From positions 11,398,873 through 11,462,872 of the forward strand of contig MU053881.1 in NCBI GenBank assembly GCA_013239625.1: a DNA stretch of 64,000 nucleotides, read 5' to 3'. Shown in pieces: positions 54,260-64,000 of this stretch. Below the pieces are notes generated by a model. It searched no databases and was not told the origin of the DNA. It worked only from the letters and a program-made list of their open reading frames with translations. Every line of letters begins with the position of its first letter. Position 1 is the stretch's first letter. A program made the translations under genes and the position numbers. The stretch is from Lama guanicoe (Eukaryota).

Positions 54260-54640
54260 GGAGTGCTTTCTACCCTTCCTGTCTTCTCTTCACTGGAAGG
54301 GAGGATGGCGTGCAGAAAGCCTGAAAATGACGCCTAGGTTCTCTCACCCAGTTCCCTAGTTGACTCTATAAATGGGAAGTACTGGTAGGAATTTAGAAGG
54401 CAGAAACAAAACAAAAGTCACTCTGTTTTCAACTCTCAAAGTAGCACGAAGACAGCTACTAGGGAAGTGCAGACTCCAACAGGTTTAGGTACCCAGAGTG
54501 AAGGTGGAAGCAACCCCATGTTAGCAGCAGTGCTGCAGCTGAGCTGTGCCCAGGCACGAGCAGTTCCCTGATTTGAGGTAACACCCACTCTTCCCCTTTC
54601 CTGCCCATCTATCACTTTTCTAAATGTTTCTCTGCATTCA
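54260..54640 (-). mobile_element. Old ERVL-type LTR fragment (LTR16/LTR33-like)
   Basis: aatgggaagtactggtaggaatttagaaggcag. Confidence 0.4.
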
Positions 54641-54654
54641 GAAACTCTCAGGGC

Positions 54655-55400
54655 GTACAAATGGCCAATAAACACATGAAAAGCCATTCGGGAAATACAA
54701 ATTATAACCATAGTGAAGTACAACTTAATCATCACCTGAGTAGACACTCAGAAAAGACAGTAATAAAAGGAAGAAAATATTAAGTGTTGACGAGGATGCA
54801 GAGCAACCAGAATTCTCCCACACAGCTGGTGGGAATGTAAACTTGTACAACCTCTTCGAGAAGCTATTTGGCCACCTGCGACTGAAGGTGAACATGTGCA
54901 ATCTCTATGACTCATGAATTCCTTCTCTAGGGATACGTTCATCATCAATGTGGGCAGATTTTACCCAAAGAACATTTAATTGAATGTTCATAGAATACTA
55001 CTGGTAGTAGCTGTAACCTGGATATGACCCAAATCTTCGTCAGCAAGAGAAGGATAAACTGAGGTATGTGCACATAAGGCGATACTATATAGCAATGATG
55101 ACTGTCTAGGATTACTGTATGTGCAACAATACGAATGAATCACATACTGATGTCAGCTACAGGAGTCATATTATCAAAGTGCACATACTGTATTAGCCCT
55201 TTTATATAAAATAAAAACAAAAGAATTCTCTGCTGTAAGAAGTTAGAATAATTGACTACCTTTGGGGGAAAGGAAAAGAGGGTCTACTAGGACGTCAGGG
55301 ATGACGTTTCTCTACTGGGTGCTACTGACAGGGATATTAAGTTGGTGAAAATTCACAGGTGTACAGAAAAGTCACGTATTATACCTCAATACGTTTTCCT
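54655..55400 (+). mobile_element. L1ME ORF2 C-terminus and 3' UTR
   Basis: caaatggccaataaacacatgaaaag; aagtgttgacgaggatgcagagcaac...gctggtgggaatgtaaa. Confidence 0.88.
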
Positions 55401-56532
55401 AAAAGTTCTTGGTCTACTTCAGACTTTGTCAGTGCATAGCTGGAACAATATCACCCTGGAGAAACTGAAACCAAGTATTCCAAACATTTCTTTTGCCTAT
55501 TAAAACAAACAAGCAAACACAAATAAAGGTTCCTCAAAATATCTAACTAGAAAAAAATATTTAATCAATCATTTGTTTGAAAAACCTACAATGGTTTCTG
55601 TTTTCTTGACTTAATGCAAAGAGATGGAGCTTCCGTATGCTTTCCAAGTTAATCTACGAATTTCCTATGTACTATTTCAAAATCAGTTTAATCTTGATTT
55701 ACACAAAATAACTAAAAAATTCCAGGACACATCTGTTAAAAAGCTCTGCCAAAATTCATGAAGTATTGCAAATACTTTAAAAAAAAAAGACTTTAGCAAT
55801 ATGTCTTGGTATTCATTTCAAGAATTAAATCATCACAGGCATTTTTGCTTCAACTACAAAGAACTATTTGTCTTTCAAACAATACACTCCACTCTTTAAT
55901 GCTGCTATGTTTTTGCTTATGATGATCCCTCTACGCCTTTTCTTCCGTTTCTCCTTGGGAAATCATGACTAACCTATTAAAACAAGTTAAAATATCACCT
56001 CTGTGAAGTTTTTCTTTCACAGACCATAGTGCTGCATACTACACACATGCAGGAAACATTTTCTTCATCATTTTTTGGGCCCAAATTTACTTTTTACTAT
56101 TTGGAACCTCAACAAAATTTTGCTATTTTAGAGAATACCACATAATGAAACCAACATTGTTCTATCAATTGTGAGCCAGGAAGACAGAATCCACTATCCT
56201 GTAGGGACAGAATCATTTCTACCTAACTTTATCACATGATACTTGCTCAGAGAGAACCTCATCTGAGGCATGTCTGCCTCCTCATAAAGCCTTCAGGCAC
56301 AGCTTTTCAATTTGGCATTTCCACTCCCAGAAGAGCCTAGTTTCATCTGCAAACTTCAAGATTTCACTGGGCTCTGTCTCTTCCAACTCATTTATAAGCC
56401 CATTCGATAGTATCACTCCCTAGTGAATCCAGGGGAAAATTCTGTAAAAAAGCAAGAAGCACTTTACCGGAAAATGTAACTGAGGTCCCTGGTGTGCATA
56501 TTTGCATTGAACAGCAAGCACACACTTTGGGT

Positions 56533-56720
56533 CAGCACTGCCCAGTGGAACTTTCTGTGATGATGGAAATGATCTAAACTTGTGCCGTTTAGTATGGTAG
56601 CCATATGTGGCTGCTGAGCGCTTGAAATGCGGTTCATTTGATTGATAAACTGAACTCTGAATTTTATTCAATTTTAATTTATTTAAATTTTAATTTTAAT
56701 TCACGTAGCTCAAGAACACA
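56533..56720. mobile_element. MER3 hAT-Charlie MITE
   Basis: cagcactgcccagtggaactttctgtgatgatggaaatg...tatggtagcca...tgaattttatt. Confidence 0.88.
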
Positions 56721-58549
56721 GATGTGGACTGTGAGATGGAGACACCAGAAGGGGTGGGAAGAAGCTGGCCAATTTCCTGGTGTGCTCACTGGGCTAAAGA
56801 ACAAAGCCACTTGTTTCTTCCTCATGGTGATGTATTTGTGACAACTGGTAAGTTGAAAAGCGCAGGAATCAAGAGTTGCAGAGACACACTCTCAGTCTGT
56901 TTTAGCAATAGCTAGAAAACACTAGGACATGAAAATAAAGCTTTTTGTTATTTTCTGTTGTCATCTTGGAAAAAGAAATCACCAAACTGTTCTCCTGGAT
57001 TTTTCTAATAAAGGAATTTGGTTTTTTTTTTTTAATTTTTCTTCATACTTCAATTGAAAGTTCCAGGAGAAAAGGGTAAGTTTTACACTACATCCTCCCA
57101 CCACTTATCTTGCATTATCAAATCCAGTTGGAGGTATGAAAAATAAGAACAGGAAGTCTGAGAAATAGTATACATAGTTCAATTCAAAATCATCTCAGCA
57201 AGAACATAACTCTTTCAGCTATTTTTTGAGGAATTGAGAAAATGAGAAAAAAAAAGTCTGATTACACTCAATTAACTGATGCATTACACACATTTCCCCT
57301 AAATTATATGTACTATTGATATTACTCTAGAAAAACTAAATAGGAAAGATTAGTGTTTAACAAAGCTTTGCAGGACAGGATGATTTTGTAAACATGAAGG
57401 GGGAGAAAATAACAAAGTTCAATGAGTCCAACAACATGAATAGCATGCTCTTGACAATGGTCAATAAGAAACGTGTCATGAGGGTCACAAAGCCAGAGAA
57501 TTAACTGGTGACTATAACAGTCCATGATTTAGCATGACTTAATAGTCTTTCCAAGCTCTGATAAGGGTAGAAAAATGGCTAAAATGGAACTTGAGATAGG
57601 TTAATTCCTTAACGAGACTAGAATGAAGGGAGAATTACAAAGACAATGTTTCAACAGTGCAGAGTCAAAAGAAAGGGCAGAAAGATGAAACAGAACAGAG
57701 AAAATTAAAAAGCAGAGTACTTTATAAATCAATTATTTCCCACAGCATATTTACTTGTTTTGAGAAGACAAACCTAACCGCACCACAATGTACTTTAATT
57801 TATCTCTCTTCTACAGTACAATTTCTCCAGCCATAATTTAAAATTTAATTATATTCTTAATTAGCCATTTCTGCTCAAGGAGTGGTATGTCCCTAGAGTG
57901 GCAGAATACAACTATTCACTCACCACATTCATACTGATCATTTTCCATATATTACTAGTGTTCATTGGCTACACAGGTGACTTCCAGCTGGGTGATCATA
58001 AAGACTTCAAAGTGGAGGTGGGATGTAAATTGACTGTGATGGATGGATAGGAAATCTGGCAAAATGACTGCGTGTCCCTTCACTGTTACCCCTGGGAAAT
58101 CATCCAACAGACCCACCCAACAATTATTTATTATTTAATTTTCTAGGATATAAGTTTGTTCAACATATTATCAGCTACTATTTAGGGACCAGACTCTAAA
58201 GCTGATTGTTAACTTGGAGATTTTTATCTTGTATGACAGTTACCAGCTTTGTATTTCACCTAGGAGCCTTATTCTAACATTTCTCCTTCAATTCCTATGC
58301 TTATTTGGTTCCTCAAATACTCTTCGAATTAGCTTCACCATCTCATTGATTCCCTCATTAGTAAGTTAAATAAAGCTTTGGCATGTGCTCATTTTGTACT
58401 TACATTAAGGTCATGTATATAATTTTATAAAAATTACACTTTGACAGTAGATAGGGGTTTAAAAAAAAAAGAACAAAAGCAGTCCAGGCGGAAATAATTG
58501 AGTAATAAAATGCAAAACTGATATATAGAAGAAAGATCAAGGAAAATAC

Positions 58550-58900
58550 TTTTTTCCCTCACTAAACTCACCCACGATCTACTCTGGATACAAAGAACAG
58601 CTTGCTGCAATGGCAGTGGGTAAACTACAGTTAAATAAACCAAATATTTCATCACTATATTACAAGAAAGAAGCCTAACACAAAATAATGACCAAAAAGA
58701 GTCAAAACTAATTTATGCTGTTAAAGTAAGTGATTATTCTTGCAGAGAGAGGGAACAGTAGCTGAAAGGGAGTCTCAGAGTACCCAGTGGGGCGCTAGTA
58801 ATGCTCTCTTCATGATCACAGGTATATGTATAGTTGATGAAAATTCATCAAGCTTAAGTGCATTTTCCTGAATGTCAGCTATACTACAACAAAAAATGAC
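58550..58900 (+). mobile_element. L1ME 3' UTR
   Basis: atttatgctgttaaagt; tgaaaattcatcaagct; ctatactacaacaaaa. Confidence 0.65.
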
Positions 58901-59539
58901 CATACATTAAAAATGTCTGAAAATGTTCATAATAAAAAGAACGTACAGTTTAAACAAAATTCTGGCTCTGGCACAATTTCCACCGCATCACAGTTAGATT
59001 TGCCTGTTTCTGACACTACATGCATGATGTCTGCATGATCCAGTTTCTTTCCTGAAGAACTGTCACCATTTGTGCACTACTGTATGTCATCTTCCTGTAA
59101 ATATGTCATCTTCCTGCATGAACCACACTCAAGATGTATAACCTTAGAATTACACTTTCAGCTTCTTTAAAATGTAACAAGTGAATCCAAACATATTTGA
59201 CTAGAAATATAAATGAAGAAGCTTTCTAGTATTCTTTGGTTTTCTCCCAGTATTTCACAGCTATCTTGTCACAACTGATTTGACAAAAGTATTTTTGGAG
59301 GCAGAAACTTGTCACTTATTTCCAAAGTATACAACTTATTTTTCACAGGAAGAAAAGTTATTTTTAATTTATATTTATCAGTTGGTTACTGCGTAAATTA
59401 ATTTTTGTATTTGTAATAGCAGCCACTGTATAAACAGTTTTGGGTACAACTCTCTCTTTGTAATTATAGTGCTCAACTGGTTGAAGAAAAGAAAGTGCAA
59501 ATAGCACCTGGCCTATCTGTGTGTGCAGAGTACATGATG

Positions 59540-59990
59540 GATACCAGACGTATCTTTTAGGGAGGAGGATGGAGAGCATGGCTGCATCTGGTAAACTGGT
59601 TAAGTGGAGGTAGGTTGAGTGGAGATAGGTAAAAACATTTCTGCCATAGTGCAGTTCTGGCTGTAGGAGTATAAAGAGCAGAGTTTGAAATGATGTTTAT
59701 AGTTATTTCAAGAACAGATTATGGAGGGCTCTAAATTATAGGCTATTGTGTTTTTGTATTAGTTTTATCGCATCAAGAAACCAGGGGAAAATTTTGAGCA
59801 AGAAAGTGACATAGTTAAAATCTGCTTCAAATAACCTCATCTGGAAGTATCACATAAACTGGAAAGGATAAAAACTTATCAGCCCATCCCAGGTATAAAG
59901 CTATGAGAGTGGGAGATGAGGAAGACTGAAATACATACTACAGCAGATGTGCCAGCAGTGAAAATGGCAGAGCTTAGAAACCAAATCCAC
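59540..59990 (-). mobile_element. L2 fragment
   Basis: cagattatggagggctct; aattttgagcaagaaagtgacat. Confidence 0.7.
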
Positions 59991-60959
59991 AAATAGTGAT
60001 ACATTATACAAAACAAGCAGGAAAAAATATTTTCTTTAACTCACCCAGGATTTCTTCTATGAATGAAAATATTAATAACTGATCAGTATTCAATTTCTTC
60101 AATGATATTGGCCAAATGTGGCAGTTCAATTATCTATTTATGTCCAACCAAAAATGCAGACACATGCTCTTTAAACATTGTTTTCTCCAACTTCATAAAA
60201 CTGAGCTGTTCTGTGAAGTATATTTGTTCATGTTTTCTTTTTCTTCCTTAAACATAATAATGGTACATTAGCAACTTTTTTAATGAATTGCTTTACTCAA
60301 GTATTCAAATACATTGGTATTATATTCTATTATCAATTAAGGTAGAAGGATTACTTTTACTCATGTGACAATTAAAGAATGGTGGGAAATTTTTTTACAA
60401 AAAATACCGGTGTGTTTTTCCAATGATTTCAAGTATGCTTCAAGAACAATTAGGCAACTAAAATTCCAGTTAGAATTAAAATTGTTCAATGTGTGGTATT
60501 ATAATCTCACGAACTAAAATGGAACATACAAGTTGATGATACAATTTTAAAAGAAGTCTGTCAGGGTCAAATAAGAGAAGACCCTGTTTACATTTTAAAA
60601 GGTTTTCTGGAACAAAAAATAGGTAGGCAAAATGCCCTCCCTACACAACACTGGGCTCCCAGAGGGTACTTCTTAAGTTGAGTTTAAGGATGTTTATCTT
60701 TCATTACCAATGCTTGTACTGTCAGTCTGTTAAACATTTTAGAGTTATGTCTGCTCAGTGCACTTTTTTTTCCAGCAAACTAAATGCAACATTTCCATAG
60801 GAATTAATCTTGGTTCGCTAAGAAGAGATGGAGTGCTACTTTACTTTACAACTCGTTACTCCTAGAGAAGAGAAGTGAAGGTGTAGGAGGGAAACCACTG
60901 TTCTTAATCATTCCCTAACAGGGCATATATGAGCCTGTGAAAGGGAAAACAGAACAGTA

Positions 60960-61380
60960 TTACTCTTCTGCTTCCTTTATTATCAAAAGATGTTGCCGGT
61001 CCCTAACAGCCAGACTCCTCTGAGCTGTCAGGGCTTCACCGAGAATGAATCATGCCCCTCTAGAGCCCTGTTTTGTAAGCAGAATCCACTAATAATAGTG
61101 ACCTTAATGGCTGATTTGGGTGCTTACAATGCACCTGCATCCTCAATGGGCCAGCCAAGAGCAGCAGCAAGCGGTGGTGGGCTCTGCTGAGAGCATTCAG
61201 GCGTCGTTAACGGATCATTGAGTCAACAGATCATGACAGCTCCTTTGGAAAACGCCAGTTTCATGTTAGCACACTCTGCCCAGGGAGTATGAGAGAGACT
61301 GTAACAGCCCACAGTGTGACTTGAAGAAATTCAAGAGGAAAAAAGGATGCATTTCTGCAAAGTCAAAATAACAGATTATC
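60960..61380. promoter_or_regulatory. Candidate enhancer-like unique sequence
   Basis: Non-repetitive and locally GC/CpG-richer. TGAGTCA (61219-61225), TGACAG and TGGAAAA lie within ~35 bp. Confidence 0.3.
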
Positions 61381-61954
61381 TAAGAGATTGCATACCAATC
61401 TTAAATAAACAGGGACCACTGGGGCAATGGAAAAGTACTTTAAAATACATTTTTGGTGTTATGATCTCCTTAAAACATAAATATCCTTAACAAATAATCG
61501 AATGAATAAATAAAAGTTAACAATCAGTTTTATTTTAGATGTTTTAACTATGCAAACACTTTTCTCTCCTTTACTAAGTGTTTTTTATTGTTGTTTGGGT
61601 CCCCTTCTCTGAAATATCAAACCACACAATACTTTTAACTCTTGCCATTTTGTGGACAGGTCTTGTTAATATTTTAACTGTTTCCAAGGTATTTTTTAAA
61701 ATCCATGTATGGAGAATTTGTGCTAAGCCCTGCAAGTTAGGACTAACATGGAGAGGTTCCTCTGTTCAATCACTTGTACACCTCTTGGTTTGCCTGAGTG
61801 GAAACCTGCAATCTTCCACTTTTGTATATTAAACATAGTTTCCATGATTAATATTTCAGCATGGGTGTGTGAAGGAGAGCTAGAACTACAGAGTACCTGA
61901 CTCAAACTTCAGGAAAAGTTTACTACCTTTTCCTAACAATTTAATATTATTGGT

Positions 61955-62225
61955 TTAATAATAGCAACCATTAACAGAAGGCTGCTACTGACTGACTGGC
62001 ACTGTACTAAGTCTTTCAACATACTATTATTGTAATCACATTCTTTTTATACCTGAAATAACAATATATATATATATATGTCTATATATAAGGCATTTTC
62101 CCCATGTTATAAATGAGAGAAGTGAGAGAAGGGTCTTACCTACTCTCCTACTCCTAAGAAGTTTCATGCTCCCAGCCTGGTTTGACAGTGAAGCTTGTGA
62201 TTCTGAAGCAGGATTTACAGCACAG
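61955..62225 (-). mobile_element. MIR containing (TA)n
   Basis: aataatagcaaccatt...ggcactgtactaag; cccatgttataaatgagagaagtgag. Confidence 0.7.
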
Positions 62226-62259
62226 TTTGCGTTCTACCCTCTGTATCAATGCTTTAAAG

Positions 62260-62440
62260 CAGTGGTTCTCAAACCTGAGCCAGCATCAGAATCACCTAGA
62301 GGACTTGTTAAACCCCAGTTCGCTGGGCCCCACCCCTAGAGTTTCTGACTCAGGAAATCCAAGGTATTACCAAAGAATTTGCATTTTAACAAGCTCCCAG
62401 GTGCTGCTGATACTGCAGGACCACACACTGGGAATAATTG
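62260..62440. mobile_element. MER5A with perfect 8-bp TSD
   Basis: cagtggttctcaaa...gcatcagaatcacct...gaatttgcattttaacaag; ctttaaag at 62252-62259 and 62441-62448. Confidence 0.93.
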
Positions 62441-63900
62441 CTTTAAAGCCATGTAAAAGATGAAGTGAATACTAGTAAGTCTTCCTGCCACCTGTTCAGA
62501 TTAATCAAAATATGCCCTTTCTTGCAGCAATGTGTTTTATTATCTTGTCTCTTCCTGTAAGAGGATGCTGATATTAGGGTTAAAAAAAAAGGGGGGGGGA
62601 AGGCAGCTATGACTCTAGGTATAAGCAATTTCGTTTAATGTTTAATGAAAATCTTTCAAAACTTTCTGATGCACTAAGTGGGGTGACATGAGGGTTGAGA
62701 ATGAGGAAGTATGTTTCCTTTTTATTGGACCTTGGTCTTTGTTACTGATGTTTTGTGCTTTCCTTGCTTTTACATAAATGAAATGGTACATGCTAGTAAG
62801 TAGCATTTCAACTTAAAATATGTCAGAAGATAAAGATTTCGTTTTTCATTTTTACAAATACGACATTAAATTCTTAGGACATGAGTCTGTTTATGTACAG
62901 ATTTATATACAAAGCAATACTATACAGAGAAAGTCTATTTCTGAAGCAAATTATTATTAGGCTCAAATCTATATACCGTTTTGAAGGGAGGCAGCTGTCT
63001 TGTGAGAAAGCACTCTACAGCAGATGCAAACTTGCTATACAATAGAAGCACTATTAAGTGCGCTACTTAGCCATAAATTTGAAGGAGAAGTTTTTGGACT
63101 ATTACACGTTAAATTTAATACATCACTGTTAATTTTTAAACATCTAATAATCTTTTTAGAGATATGTCACTGTAAATGCGTCAAAGAAAAATAGTGTTGA
63201 ATTGTTCTCTACAGAATGATTAGTGCTTGTTGCTTAACATAAAACCTGAAAAATTAGAACGTTTTTTGGTACGTTTAATACTACAGGATGATATTTAAAG
63301 AGAAATCTATTTTATAGATGAGATTTCTTTGCAACATAAACAGTAATAAGTGTTGTTTCAAGGATCAGGGTCAACACCTTGACAACTGTATGCTTTTAAA
63401 ATGAGTAGATAGACTATAGTGCATATTAGTATTACTACTTTATTTTTGCACCAAAGATTATGTGCAAAGTAACTTAACACTTTGGATTTTCTTTTAACAT
63501 TATTTTTTTTTAAAGTTTAGCTTTAAAGCCTATTAAGGTTTTTTCCCCGTTTTATTTCCACTCATTAAGAGTTTAGTGGTTTGAATTTTTGTCTTCAAAT
63601 AACTTTCATGAAATAAGTAATTTTATGAATTTGCAGTAATATTGTCCATGAGATAACAAATTATATTTTCTCTCCTTTTTTTTTTTGCTTGTTCTTACTT
63701 TAAACCGATCATTTAAATGTTATGAAACCAATTCTTTCACCTCTCAAGTGCTGATATAATACAACAAAGAACTTAACAGAGGTTTGTCTTGGTTTTGATA
63801 TAATTTGCCATATTTCTCTCTTAAGTCACTGAAAAAAATATATGTATAAATTAGAAATTCATTCTTTTTTTTAATGTTTTATTTTTATTTTCCATTGCAG

Positions 63901-64000
63901 ACCTTTCCTGACCACGCCCTCACCACCACCACTTGAGATTTTTAAAAATTTAACATTTGAAAAAGCAATGGCCGTAACACTTTGTGTGCTGTCTGGGACT
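63901..64000 (+). CDS. Candidate exon with open frame, truncated by the window end (PFLTTPSPPPLEIFKNLTFEKA-MAVTLCVLSGT); gene unidentified
   Basis: Long T-rich tract ending ttccattgcag (AG 63899-63900). First ATG is at 63968 in a GCAATGG context and is followed by hydrophobic residues. Confidence 0.35.

Noticed and set aside
59083..59116. 15-bp direct repeat tatgtcatcttcctg x2
   Set aside because: It is a simple local duplication with no array structure and is not CRISPR-like.
1..64000. About a dozen TGA(C/G)TCA AP-1 sites across the window
   Set aside because: This is close to chance expectation for a 7-mer on two strands in 64 kb.
1..64000. miRNA or snoRNA genes, CRISPR arrays, intact viral or transposase ORFs, CpG island
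   Set aside because: None recognised by eye. An Infernal/Rfam and miRBase search would be needed to exclude small RNAs.

Overview
AT-rich, repeat-dense mammalian genomic DNA with no prokaryotic-style genes, CRISPR arrays or RNA genes that I can recognise. Two tRNA-derived Vic-1-type SINEs and the young L1 3' UTRs point to a camelid (alpaca/llama/camel). I see no Alu, Bov-A2/BovB, PRE-1 or SINEC copies. Much of the window is fossil transposable elements: L1, L2, MIR, MaLR/ERVL/ERV1 solo LTRs, and hAT-Charlie and Tigger MITEs. Family names come from recalled consensus motifs, and boundaries are approximate unless a target-site duplication (TSD) fixes them. None of the supplied ORFs looks like a real cellular protein; the few with recognisable homology are L1 or L2 fragments. 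L1 copies are strongly biased to the + strand, which fits a large intron of a minus-strand host gene. The last ~1.1 kb looks like part of a + strand transcript: a strong 3' splice site at 63900, then an open frame containing a Kozak ATG (MAVTLCVLSGT..., truncated by the window), possibly a nested antisense gene that I cannot name. I found no convincing new biological system. The best leads are the possible nested gene, several candidate exons, an inverted SINE pair, very short retrotransposition scars and one unclassified insertion.
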